The notes under the pieces: model-generated
The model's database searches: none
Told to the model about the DNA's origin: nothing
The model's input: only the letters and a program-made list of their open reading frames with translations
Assembly (NCBI RefSeq): GCF_006345805.1
Contig: NC_043014.1
Coordinates: 20,026,001-20,090,000 of the forward strand
Length of the DNA: 64,000 bases
Direction: 5' to 3'
Source: Octopus sinensis
Lineage: Eukaryota
Made by a program: the position numbers and the translations under genes
Shown here: positions 26,541 to 40,659 of the stretch, piece by piece
Numbering within the stretch: position 1 is the first letter of the stretch
Layout of the letters: every line of letters starts with the position of its first letter

Positions 26541-28687
26541 TTCCAGATAGAAGAAGAAGAAGAAGAAGAAGAAGAAGAAGAAGAAGAAGAAGAAGAAGAA
26601 GGAGAAGAAGAAGAAGAAGAAGAAGAGGAGGAGGATGGTGGTGGGGGTTGGATGGGAGGGGAGGATGAGGGAGAGGGGAGGATGATGTAGAATGGGGGAT
26701 GACGGGGAGGAGAGTATGAGGGGGAGTTTCTATTTTAAGCACGCGGCCAGTAAATGTTATGGTGTGAGCTAATTAAACTCATGTTATCGAACCCTGAGGG
26801 ATGAAGGTCAAAATTGCCTGCGGCAGGATTTTAATCTAGTTTGAAGAGCCTTAGTTAGATAGCTGTAAGAAACATAGTGGCAAACTTTGGGAAGTGTATG
26901 GCCAGTTATTACAATTCAGCTCGTTGTCTGTAGTGATTTCATCGATAATCCGTGTCTGAGGGTCAGTTGAGAAGGAATGTCAACCACAAAAGGATTTTAA
27001 ACTGAGAAAACAATGGGCTATATACATATATATTATGGAGACATTTTCTACTACACCATACTACATCTGCTAAAGATGATAAGGATGATGACGATCAGGT
27101 GGAGAGGGAGGAGCAGGAGCAGGATTAGGAGAGGGGAAAAAGAGGGGAAGGAGTGTTAGGTGTAGGACTTCATTTTATCGCACACCCGGCCAAACGAAAA
27201 ATAATCCATACCCTTATAGGAATTGAACTCGGGCTAGTTCACAAAACTAGCTAGATATTGCAAAAGCTTTTTTTCTCTGGAACACTATTATCCATGGCAC
27301 TTCATTGCCCTTTTAATTAGGTAAATGATAAAACATACTAATCAGAACACTTATTTTTATATATCTATATGGGCTTGCGTGTCTTCGAGTGTGTGTGTGT
27401 GTGTGTGTCTGTGTGTGTGTGTATAAGTGTAAGTGTAAGTGCGTGGGCGGAGGAACCATGGTTGCATATATGTCAATATGTTGTACAAGGTTTATCGAAC
27501 TATTATAGTCGTATGTAATTTTATTACTATAATTTTATTACTATTTTATTGGCACTACTGCCTGTACGGCTACTGATGCTGCTGCTACCACCACCACCAC
27601 CATCACCACCACCACCCCACCACCACCACTACTACTACTACTGCTACTACTACTACTGCTGCTGCTGCTGCTACTACTACTACTACTACTACTCAGGCGC
27701 ACGTTGGTCTTCATACACATTCATACATTGAATGCTATCATGAGACGCATAAATGATATACGTCGTAATATGTTGTTTCGCAGGGTGTCATTATAATGTC
27801 ACATAGTAACACAGCATACTACGATTCACAGTTTGATTTGAAAAGACATAAAAGGCCTACTTTACTGTGATACAATTCGATCTCTGAATTGATTAAATAC
27901 GATACAGTTTATGCCAGTAGTTTCCTATCTATTCTCTCCTAGAGATATATTTTATATGAAAGAATCTTTTCTACCACCAGCCATAGAATGATTCATTTTA
28001 TAACGAATATCTCCTCAATAAACCGATTTTATCATCTGACAATAAACTTGTTTCCTCAGTATCCTCGCTCAGCCAAACAAACAGATTATATTTTGCACAG
28101 CAGAATTTTTACGATTATGAACAGAGCTTACGGACCCCATGCTACCCATGTGGATCTCTCCAGATATATGTAGACACATGAGTATGTGTGTGCTGTATAT
28201 GTGTCTATCGGTGTGTGTGTGTTTGTTTGCGCGTGTGTGTGTGTGTGTGTGTGCGTGTTTGTGTGTGCCTGTGTGTCTTTTCTCAGAGAAGGAGCGTGGT
28301 TAGTCGTGAGAGAGTTCAATAGACTGTCATATTGTCCTGAGTTCAATTCGTGGAATTGGTGAAGCTTTATTTTCGTTGAGCAAAATATTAAATTTCAAAT
28401 TGGTCCGGTCAGCTTAGTAGAAAACGTGTATCAACTCATTGCTTGTGCACCTCTCTCACTCTCCAGGAACTACACCTTTGATGTACCGCTAGTTCAAAGA
28501 GTGGGACAGTTGTGATGTCTAAATTTACTTGTGACAAGAAAGTCACCTAAAACAATTAGTGAAAGCATGATGCATGATACAAAGCCATTTACGGTGGACG
28601 GTTGTCTTACATTTTATAAGTCAGCATTGAACTAGCGTCTATATGATCATATAACTTCTAATTACGTAATATATTCGAGCACCCAAC

Positions 28688-28890
28688 GGCGGCGAGCTGG
28701 CAGAATCGTTGCACGCCGAGCAAATGCTTAGCGGCATTTCTTCCGCCTTAACGTTTATATTCCGCCAACATCGATTCTATGTTTACCATCCTATCGAGGT
28801 CGATAAAATAAGTACCATTTGAACACATGTGTCGATGTAATCAACGTACCTTCTCACTCGAAAAACTGGCTTTTTGCCAAAATTTGAACC
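28688..28890 (+). mobile_element. SINE family 1-related copy
   Basis: ggcggcgagctggcagaatcgtt head. Confidence 0.7.
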
Positions 28891-30327
28891 AGAACGTTCA
28901 GACACGCAGTCCAGTATTATATTTTGCAATGTTGAATTTTTTAATAGTTATTTATTTCTTGAAGACATAAGGAGTGCAGTATGATGAAAGATTTGGCTAT
29001 TTCGAAAATTTACGTAGAGTATCGACACGAGTTAGCCTCGGATAAGGCCTTCTAGCAGTGACCAACAAGCTCTTTCAGAAGTTTCATAGCTAGAACAATA
29101 CAACTGAATGTGTATTTATCTTATACAAGATTGTAGAGACTAATTTAAAAGAAGTTTGTCTGATAATTCTTGGTCCTGCAATGATTATATCTGGACCACA
29201 ACTTTGGTTCCTGTATGAGTATTTATAAGTTTGATTGTGGGAGTGTATGTTTGTAAATCTGAGTGTTTCTTTCAAAATATGCTGTTTTTTTTCTTAATTG
29301 CTGAGTCTGAAGGTAGGATAAGGCCCTTGGCTTTTGCAGCAAACCCACTACTAGTTGGGTGATAGTGACACCATTAATTATAATGTCATAAGTGAAAGCC
29401 AGCAGGAAAGACATATGCTGGGAATACTAAGGGGTGGTGATATCATTGGAAATGAATGAACGTAGTGGGTAGCCTGAGGACCATCTGGACTTGAACGCGA
29501 CAAATTGATGGGAGAAGTGAAGACGAATGGGAAAGAATTGCTTCAGTAAATGAGCCTAGTTAGCTTCGAAGAGCTGTGAATTTAGCAGCGGTCGAAAAGG
29601 AAGAAAGAGGAGGGAGAGAAAAGAGAGGAAAGAGAGGAGAGAGAGTGCATCTGTCACCCTTAGGCTGGAGTGTGAATTTACACATCTATATTAAGAGAGG
29701 ATACATATGTTTGTGAGTTTGTGCGTGTTTGCTCCTGCATTAGCACGTTACTCCACATGTATGTATTCAATAATATATATGCATTGAGATTGTCCATGCG
29801 TGTCTACGAGATGCGACTTTGTATATTTGTAACGCTCAGAATTGCCAAGTGTCCAACAAGAAGGGTGTCTGCAGGCTGGTGTGGCATTCTCTATATTGAC
29901 TTACTGTTGAAAAACATACAAACACACGCGTGCACACACGTTCACACACGCACACACACACACATAACTAAGAGATACTAATGGTATTATAGATACTTAT
30001 AAAGTAATATGTTGTCTGTGTGTGTATGCATACGTAAATACATACATACATACATACATACATACATACATACATACATACATACATACATACATACATA
30101 CGTGAACGCGCTAAGACGCACCAGGTTTAGATATTAGTGAACAATCAATCATTGTCATCGTCGTCATCATCAAGATCATTATATCAATTATTAGCTTAAT
30201 TATGTACACAGTTCCGTGAATGTAATTTTAATTATATCTGACGCTGTGCTTATATGAGATATAATAATGACCACAATCCTGTCATCGAAGAATAATAATA
30301 ATAGAAAGGATTCTTCTTCTCCTTCTT

Positions 30328-30420
<93 letters not shown>

Positions 30421-30442
30421 GTTATTGTTATTATTATTGTTA

Positions 30443-30482
<40 letters not shown>

Positions 30483-30484
30483 TG

Positions 30485-30672
30485 AAGGCGGTCAGCTGAC
30501 AGAATCGTTAGCATGCCGGGGAAAACGCTTAGTGGTATTTCGTACGACTTTACGTTCTGAGTTCAAATTCCGCCGTTCGTCGATAAATTAAGTACCAGTT
30601 ACATATTGAGGTCGATATAATCGACTAGTCCCCTCCCCCGAAATTCCAGACATTGTGCATATAGTAGAAACG
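30485..30672 (+). mobile_element. SINE family 1-related copy
   Basis: ggcggtcagctgacagaatcgttagc...gagttcaaattccgccg. Confidence 0.7.
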
Positions 30673-30705
<33 letters not shown>

Positions 30706-30708
<3 letters not shown>

Positions 30709-31253
30709 TAGTTTTATTTTTTATAGCGTGCTTTCACTTCACTACCGAGCCCAGCTCTGTGTGCCTTGGGTATGTGCTGTGATTTGTTGTGATGCTCTGA
30801 TGGTTATTGTATGGAAAGTGTTCTGCGTAGGATGTGTGCAGTGCCTAGTAGTGCAATTTTCTGTATGTTATATGTGTTTGTAAGTCCTGGTGTTTTTGTT
30901 ATGTATTTGTCTGAATATTTTTTTATCATGCCTAATGCACCTACTATGATAGAATTGTTTCTGTTTTCAGATTCCACATTCTAGTTACCTCTATTTCCAG
31001 GTCTTTGTATTTTGAGAGTTTCTCCATTTCTTTTAGAGACACGTTGTCATCAGCCGGTATTGATACATCAATTAGAAAGCATTTTTTTTCTTCATGATCT
31101 CTGACAACTATATCTGGTCTGTTGGCCTTAATTTCTCTATCTGTGTGTATCGGCATATCCCAGAGTATGGTTGCTTTCTCGTTTTCTGTGACCTTTTCTG
31201 GTGTGTGCCTATACCATCTTTTTTCTGTTGTTATTCCATAATGTTGGCATAGC
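30706..31253 (-). mobile_element. R4/Dong-like subfamily B, 5'-truncated, (ATT)n on both sides
   Basis: Near-identical to 7365-7906, but keeps ILWDMP where the 4-8 kb copies have ILRDMP. Confidence 0.92.
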
Positions 31254-31379
31254 TTTATTATTATTATTATAATTATTATTATTGTTATTACTATTATTAT
31301 TATTATTATATTATTATTATTATCACTTTAATTTTTTTATATTCACATCATTATTGTTTTTGTTGTTGTTGTTGATGTA

Positions 31380-31870
31380 TTATGGCGAAGGAGGTGGTGT
31401 TGGTGATGAGATAGAAAGTCCTACAGACAGATACTTTCCTCTTCGGCCAAGCCCGGTTGAACTTTTTCAAGTTCCACTTGAAATGGAAAGTGAGGGTAGG
31501 GAGGGACGCTCTGCTTTCCCACCACCAACACCACCACCACCATTACTACACCCAGCACGTTTGTTGAAAGATCGGTGACTGTGGAGAGGATGATTCGTGT
31601 GAATTGATCTATTTGTAAACCGGAGGAATTGAGAAGTGAAGAGTTACTCGCTGAAGCCTACCTGGTGGTTGAACTAACCAGGATGTATAGGGTTCCTTGG
31701 TTGTCCCTGTTAGGAACTCCCCACTTTAGGCAACTTTTATTGTTTAACTTTTTTGTTAATTGTCATTGTTATGATTATATACGACATTGTGCCAAGATCT
31801 TCTTGTCCCTTGTGTTGTATTGCCCCTATTTGTTTTGTGTTCAGCACTTGTAGCCAATAAAAGAAAACAT
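31380..31870 (+). other. Unassigned island between (ATT)n tracts, with a right end resembling the SINE family 1 tail
   Basis: tgttcagcacttgtagccaataaaagaaa versus tgtttagcaccttgtggacaataaagaaa (25226-25255). Confidence 0.35.
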
Positions 31871-31911
31871 TATTATTACTATTATTATTATCATCATCAT
31901 CATCATCATAT

Positions 31912-31997
<86 letters not shown>

Positions 31998-31998
<1 letters not shown>

Positions 31999-32463
31999 GT
32001 GAGAGATTAGTGCATGCCATCAAAGTTACACTGGGGTAAGATATACGAACCCAGTATAACCATCATGACTACCCGTCTGATAAGAGTACACCAGGCACTC
32101 GCATTACAACCATGTGTACGCGACATGGTGATCTCATATCAAGATAAACAGCGCATGACCTTGTAGGTGGGGCTCAGTTAACCCGCTCAAAAGGTCTTTG
32201 AATAATGATTCTTTAAGGATGTTCAACGAACCACCCATGATTCCAAAGGTGAATTATCCAAACCTCCAAGAATTCCGTTCAGCACACGGCTATGATACTC
32301 CCCCACTACTTCTGCTCATGATCAGAGATGCACATATCGTCAGCCATTAAGGAACATGGTCAGCTGGTTAAGGTCAAACAACTGACAAGCAAATCTGTGG
32401 TATTGAGCAGAATATTTGCTGTAGCCCATCTTTTATATCAAGACAAAACAATGTACATGATAA
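31998..32463 (-). mobile_element. Family D element, 5'-truncated, (ATT)n on both sides
   Basis: Colinear with 11504-12010. Confidence 0.85.
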
Positions 32464-32531
32464 TACTTATTATTATTATTGTTATTATTATTATTGTTGT
32501 TGTTGTTGTTGTTGTTGTGTTGTTGTTGTTG

Positions 32532-32636
<105 letters not shown>

Positions 32637-32989
32637 CATTATTATTATTTTTTATTTGTTTGATATCTTCATGCGAATTTCTACTCTATCAGATGAGTTA
32701 CTTCCGTGGTACCGGTGGCTGTGCATGAGTCTTACTGTCCTATGCAGTTTAAACTTTCTTGTGGCACTTCTTTTCTCTTTAGTGTTCCCTGTGTTGTGTA
32801 AAACATGCGCAACAATGTCTATTGCGTTGTTTTCTTTCGCAGTGAGTATACTTCCAATGTGTTGGATGAGATGATTGTTCTTATTGCGTTTCACAATCAC
32901 ACAATGATAACCTCCAGTACATATTATGGGGCGGATGCTTATGATATATCAAACGAGTTTGTATAGAGTAGCATGTAGTCTACGTTAGT

Positions 32990-33290
32990 TACTAATGCAG
33001 TATTGCCAAGTATCAGTTACATAAAAATATGTATTGTGTTACACTTTTGACTCTTGATCGAAGTCCGTAATGTATAGAATATGTTATATTATTGGACGTT
33101 TATTGTATAAGGAACAAGATGTGTGCAGTGTGGTTGTAATTGAATTGAAAGGGTAATGATCAGGATGTTGGCCGTGCCCAATATAGCTATTTTTAGGAAT
33201 ATATATATTACATTGTGATCCTTGCTATGACGCGTATATTTTGGCACATATTTATAATTATACACTGTCTCCTTTATATTATTGGGCATC
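32990..33290 (-). mobile_element. Decayed R4/Dong-like C-terminal fragment
   Basis: KIAILGTANILIITLSIQ resembles QKIALLGTAHILRRTLSIQ. Confidence 0.55.
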
Positions 33291-34137
33291 AGTTCAGTAC
33301 TAATATATACAATAATATATTCCCATGTTCTGTATGAAAGTTTATTTCAGTTTCATATTTCTCTAGTTTTGATACTTTCTATTTCCTTTGTTGCAATATA
33401 TGATGAGAAAAAGGCACACCAGACAAAATGCATAGCGGCTTTTGTCAGTGTTTACGTTGAGTTCAAATAACGCCACGGTCGATTGTAGCCTTCATCTTTA
33501 CGGGGTCGATAAAATAAGTACCAGTTGAGTACTGGGGTTGATCTAATCGATTTAGCCCGTTCCTTCGAACTTGCTGGCCTTGTGCCAAAATTTGATACCA
33601 TTATTTGATAAGAAAGGAATCACGATGCCTATCATCCTGGTATGTATTTTTGTCCAGTACTTGATTATTCTTTCTGGGCGGTTTTTCCTTGACCACTTCA
33701 ACAGTTGAGGTAGGTATGCTCCATGCCTCATATGATTGTATTCAGACCATGGACAAATGCCGAGTTTGGTTCCTATTTATACCGAGGATTTGGCATACAG
33801 GTGAGTGGTCAATGCTAGTGACTCAATTGTATTTGGGTAGTTATTGGAAGATGGCAACAGCTAATCAGATAATGATGAAACGGACCATTCTATGGCTTCA
33901 ATAATCTATATTCATAACATATTTTAATGAAATTATTTGTGGTTGTATGTAGTTAATTTATGGTCCTGTACGGCTAGTATCGGATCTATATCTGATATAT
34001 ATTTAGAGCTTTAGATACATTGCTAGTGGACTTCCTGTGCGATGTGTATTGTGAAAAATTTGCCACTGAGTGGGGTTTTTTTCCCTTTATATTATCTTGA
34101 ACATAGAAAAAATTCATTTTTAGTGTTGTTGTTGTTG

Positions 34138-34182
<45 letters not shown>

Positions 34183-34384
34183 TATTAACATTATCGTTGT
34201 TGCAGCAGCTGTTTTTGCTTCTGTTGCTGTTGCTTGTTGTTAATGGGTGAGTTAAATACAAACAAGAATGACGACTCAATTAATTCAATAATTGCCTTTC
34301 AGAATACTTGGGTGGGGATTCGATATGTGTGTGTCTGTGTGTGTACGTATATATATAAATCATATGCTATATATGTTCTTTTAT

Positions 34385-34808
34385 TCTTTTATTCTTTTAC
34401 TCGTTTCAGTCATTTGACTGCAGCCATACTATGGCCACGCCTTTAGTTGAACAAACCGACCCCAGTACTTATACTTTGTAAGCTTCTTACTTATCCCAAG
34501 TGTCTCTTTTGCCGAACCGCTAAGTTGCGAGGGATGTAAACCCATCAATATCGGTTGACAAGCAATGGTGGGTAACGAACACAGGCACACAAGCTCACAC
34601 ACACACACATACGCGCGCACACACACCACACACACACGCATATATATATATATATACAACAGGCTTCATTCAGTTTCCCTCTCTACCAAATCCACTCACA
34701 AGGTTTTGGTCGACCCGAAGCTATAGTAAGGGTGCCACGCAGTGGGACTGAACACGGAACCATGTGGTTGGGAAGCAAGCTTCTTACCACACAGCCGCTC
34801 CTGCGCCT
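34385..34808 (-). mobile_element. SINE family 2
   Basis: Reverse complement of the family 2 consensus. Confidence 0.8.
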
Positions 34809-34953
34809 ATTTATTATATATGCACATATATGTGTGTGTGTATGTAGAGAAACACACATTTATAACTCGTTCATTTGAAACGTTACACGTGTATATGAAA
34901 GATAATTTTTTAACTCATTCACCCACCTGAGTGATTTACTTATCTAGTTACAC

Positions 34954-35001
<48 letters not shown>

Positions 35002-35045
35002 TAATAATAATAATAATAATATTAATAATAATAATAATAATAATA

Positions 35046-35090
<45 letters not shown>

Positions 35091-35174
35091 TAATAATAAT
35101 AATAATATTAATAATAACGATGATGAGGATTATGAATTGTAATATATGTGTGCTGGTATTTGTGTGTATGTGTG

Positions 35175-35209
<35 letters not shown>

Positions 35210-35538
35210 GCGAGAGAGAGTGTGTGTTGTGTGTGTGTGTGTTTGCGTTGTTGCTAAGCTAAGGAATTGAATTCGACAACAGTTTCTGAAGAAGTCCTGG
35301 GACCATCTACAAATTTAGAGTGAGACGCTGGGAAATGAGAAAAATAACTACCTATCTGCTACTTACCGACCGTAAATCGGAGTTTTACGTTATCAATGCC
35401 TACCAGCTGTGTTTGCGGAAATATTTAATAAATTCTATTTGAATCAATTGGAAATAAAAATATATAAAATACGTTCGCTTTCACACAAGAATTTGGAGAG
35501 ATTCTTTCAAAACGCATGATTATCATCAGCATCATTAC

Positions 35539-35575
<37 letters not shown>

Positions 35576-35763
35576 TCTTCATCATCACTATCGGCAGTAG
35601 CAACAATACTATAGTTAGCCTTACTATTTCAAAACTATATACATATTAACATATTACGCATATATTCAAACAAAAGAATAATACATACATACATATATAC
35701 GCACACACACATACATATATATATGTATGTATGTATGTATGTATATATATATATGTGTGGGTG

Positions 35764-35813
<50 letters not shown>

Positions 35814-36063
35814 CGTCCCTAAGTAAAAGAAATGGTTGTTAGTAGAATTGTTGGAGCGTTGGAAAAAGTACCTTGTTCATTCGTTCCCATTGTTTGCATT
35901 TTAAGTTCAAATCCTTTCGATATCAAATTCCCTTTTTATCATTTCGGGTTCGATATAATATGTAACCATTCAAGTACTGACGGTGATATACTCGACTAGA
36001 TCCTCTCCACCTATGCATCTGACCTTCTGCCTAATTTGAAATAATTATCATAATTATTTGTAA

Positions 36064-36096
<33 letters not shown>

Positions 36097-36689
36097 GTGT
36101 GGCGGTGGTGATGGTGGTGGTAGTAGTATTTGCTGCTGCTGCTGTAGGTGTAACGACATTGAAATGAGTTTCACGGTCAGCGTTTTTGGTCTACAGTCGT
36201 CAAGTTCGAATCCAGACACGTCTTACAAGGCATATAACAAATTTATCATATATTAACATCATGTTAATTAACAATTTCAAAAGTAACACACGCATACACA
36301 CACTCACGTATGGAAATATATGAACATATATATATATAGAGAGAAAGAACAGACATAGGGAGAGAAAAAAGGGAGAGAAAGATGGTGAGGGAGACAGATA
36401 GATGAGTACATACATGAACGTATATAACGCTGTTACATATATACAAACATGCACAGATACAAAAGTAGGCACGTGGATGTCAGTGTTTGTCAGAGAGAGA
36501 ATGGGAGAGAAAAAGCTTTTGTGTACAGTTTTGTGCACATGTGGTCGTGTGTATAAACGTGGACGTTCGTGTGAGGGAGAGCTTGTTATTTATGTCTGAA
36601 TGTGTTGAAGTGGTGAGCTAATTGAAGAGAAAACAAGTTAATCTCCTCAAATCATAAATTTACATATATACAGACACACAGACACATAT

Positions 36690-36746
36690 GTACGTATTTA
36701 TATATATATGTGTATATATGTATGTATGTCTGTATACATATGTATG

Positions 36747-36799
<53 letters not shown>

Positions 36800-37056
36800 C
36801 ATATAAATACATCCATATATATGTATTCATTTACATATATAATATATATATATGTATATATCTTAGAGAGACAGACATAGATTGAAAAGTGTGTAGCTCT
36901 AGCTCCACCGCATCACATTGCCTCAATCACATGCACACAAGCACATACGTGTGTATATATATATATATACATATATATGTATGTATATATATATATATAT
37001 ATATTATATATAATATATATATATATATATATAGTATATATATATGCATATATATG

Positions 37057-37091
<35 letters not shown>

Positions 37092-37123
37092 GTACATATA
37101 TATATACATATATATATATATAC

Positions 37124-37173
<50 letters not shown>

Positions 37174-37267
37174 TAATTATTGATAGAAGACAGATTTGTG
37201 TGTATGTTTGCTTGTGTGTGTGAGTGTGTGCGTGCGTGCGTGTGAGTGTGTGTGTGTGTGTGTGTGT

Positions 37268-37320
<53 letters not shown>

Positions 37321-37330
37321 ATGCGTGCGT
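36690..37330. repeat. Long (TA)n then (TG)n microsatellite block
   Basis: Directly visible. Confidence 0.9.
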
Positions 37331-37402
37331 ATGAGTGTGTGTGTTGATATACGTCGTGCCGCTTACGAAATAAATAATTCAATACTTTTTTTTTTTTTAA
37401 AG

Positions 37403-37527
37403 TGAAGAAATAAAGAAAACAAAATACCAGAAGCACGCCAATGCTATTGCCGAAGATATATTCAAAAACGCCTACACCGATAACGGTAGAACCGCAGCAC
37501 GCTTCTTGTTGTATTCTATTGAATATT
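37403..37527 (+). CDS. Candidate isolated coding exon, possibly TRPM-channel-like (MHR4 region)
   Basis: A poly-T + AAG acceptor and a GTAAGG donor flank the open frame [41 protein letters not shown]. The similarity is from recollection of the TRPM motif only. Confidence 0.25.
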
Positions 37528-38038
37528 GTAAGGAGAAATCAATCTGTTCCAGAATTCCCTCACATGGTGGCAGCACTAGTGAATTCACTGTTTTGTCCGC
37601 AGCGGAGTAGTTACGACTTGTATTCCATAGTTCTGTAGTTCTTGCACTGCCACATCACTTGTGCTGACAGGCTAAGCATTATGTCCGTCCGTTTAGCTGT
37701 TTGTCTGCGCGATATTTCTTCTGTCTATTATATTTATTTATTCATTTATTTATTTCATTTTTCCTCTAAACATGTCTCGTCTGCTATTCTGCTTTTTTCA
37801 TTTTTTTAACACTCTCGTGATTTTTTTTATCTCATCGTTCTCTCCAACACTCATTCCGGCGCACTTTCTTTCTCTCTCTCTCTCTCTACTCTCTCTCTCT
37901 CTCTTTCTCTCTCTCTCGCACCAACTCTGTCTCGTTCATATTACTTTTCTCTCCCTCTCTCTTTCCTTCTATCTATCTATCTATATATCTATTTATCAAC
38001 ACTTATATCTTCAAGTATACACACAGTATATATTCATA

Positions 38039-38088
<50 letters not shown>

Positions 38089-38306
38089 TAATAAAAATAA
38101 TATATATAAATATATAAATATATACATACGCATATGTACATACATCTATACGTGTACATATATATATATATATTATATATATATAGATAGATAGATAGAT
38201 ATAGATATATATGTGTATATATTTATATATATACATATATATTATATATATATATAATATATATGTGTATATATTATATATATACATATATATATAATAT
38301 ATATAT

Positions 38307-38340
<34 letters not shown>

Positions 38341-38344
38341 ATAA

Positions 38345-38675
38345 CCAACCACACGGTTCCGGGTTCAGTCCCACTACGTGGCATCCTGGGCAAGTGTCCT
38401 CTGCTATAGCCCCGGGCCGACCAATGCCTTGTGAGTGGATTTGGTAGACGGAAACTGAAAGAAGCCTGTCGTATAAATGTATATATATGTATGTGTGTTT
38501 GTTTGTGTGTTTGTTTGTGTGTCTGTGTTTTTCAACCGATGCTGGTGTGTTTATGTCCCCGTTACTTAGCGGTTCGGCAAAAGAGACCGATAGAATAAGT
38601 ACTGGGCTTACAAAAAGAATAAGTCCCGGGATCGAGTCAAATGACTGAAACAAGTAAAAGAGTAAAGAGTAAGAG
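38345..38675 (+). mobile_element. SINE family 2, 5'-truncated
   Basis: ggttccgggttcagtcccactacgtggc... through the tail. Confidence 0.8.
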
Positions 38676-38701
38676 TATATATATATACATGTATATATAT
38701 T

Positions 38702-39112
38702 AGGAGTGGCTGTGTGGTAAGTAGCTGCTTACGAACCACATAGTTCTGGGTTCAGTCCCAGTGCGTGGCACATTGGGTAAGTGTCTTCTACTATAGCCTC
38801 GGGCCGACCAAGGCCTTGTGAGTGGATTTGGTAGACGGAAACTGAAAGAAGCCCGTCATATATATGTATATATGTATATATACATATATATGTATGTGCG
38901 TGTTTGTGTGTCTGTGTTTGTCCCCCCAACATAGCTTGACAACCGATGCCGGTGTATTTATGTCCACGTAACTTAGCGGTTCGGCAAAAACAGACCGATA
39001 AAATAAGTACTAGGCTTACAAAGAATAAGTCCTGGGGTCGATTTGATCGACTAAAGGCGGTGCTGCAGCATGGCCACAGTCACATGACTGAAACAAGTAA
39101 AAGAGTAAAAGA
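38702..39112 (+). mobile_element. SINE family 2, full length
   Basis: ggagtggctgtgtggtaagtagc head to gaaacaagtaaaagagtaaaagag tail. Confidence 0.85.
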
Positions 39113-39115
39113 GTT

Positions 39116-39216
<101 letters not shown>

Positions 39217-39220
39217 GTAA

Positions 39221-39715
<495 letters not shown>

Positions 39716-39797
39716 TGGTCGGTCATAGTGATCAAAGTGATATATATATATATATATATATAATATATATATATATATTATATATATATATATATAC

Positions 39798-40046
39798 ATC
39801 ACTTTGATCACTTTGACCGACCAGTCCGTCAGGCGTCCATTTGACACCGCTGGTCACAGCACGCTGTCCACTCCTCTCTGGATCGCGCCTTTCTCATCCA
39901 CGTGATCCCAATCGTCCTCTTGAAATCGTCACTCCACCGTCGTGGAGGTCTTCCCGGTGGTCTTTTCCGCTCACGCGGGTACCACTCGACAACTGCGTGC
40001 GTCCACCGATTATCGGTGAGCCGGGCGACGTGTCCAGCCCATCTAT
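39798..40046 (-). mobile_element. RTE-clade LINE 3' end
   Basis: RWAGHVAR.TDNRWT..V.EWYPR..KRPPGRPPRRWSDD is the canonical RTE C-terminus; short 3'UTR with tandem aaagtgatc; flanked by microsatellites. Confidence 0.88.
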
Positions 40047-40184
40047 ACACAGAAACACATAGGCACTTGCACTCACACACACATGAATACACACATCTAG
40101 ATATATGTATATATATATATGTATAAACATACATACATACATACATGCATATCCATCTATCTATCTATCTATCTATCTATCTAT

Positions 40185-40224
<40 letters not shown>

Positions 40225-40281
40225 CCTATCTATCTATCTAAGTATCTATCTATCTCTCTCTCTCTCTATATATATATATAC

Positions 40282-40340
<59 letters not shown>

Positions 40341-40342
40341 AT

Positions 40343-40424
<82 letters not shown>

Positions 40425-40659
40425 TATATATATAAATACATTGTTTCACACTTGCCATATGTGTAAATATATGTTTGTGCATATGTGTATATATAAGAGT
40501 ATGTTGTAATTATGTATGAGAATGAATGTTCTCTTGTGTGTGTGTATACTACAAAAGTATCTCACTGACATTTCTAACGCTAAATAAATTATCCAAATTT
40601 ATTAAGTCATTCAAAAATGTGTATAGCTTCTATTTAACTGTTTAAGACACGATCTTGTT

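Noticed and set aside
29100-29330. ILIQEPKL on the minus strand resembling an AP-endonuclease QE motif
   Set aside because: It is a single short motif with stops and no other APE motifs.
33746-37527. Joining the 33.7-kb and 37.4-kb candidate exons into one TRPM gene
   Set aside because: The phases are incompatible, and hundreds of intervening codons would be needed in DNA that is mostly repeats.
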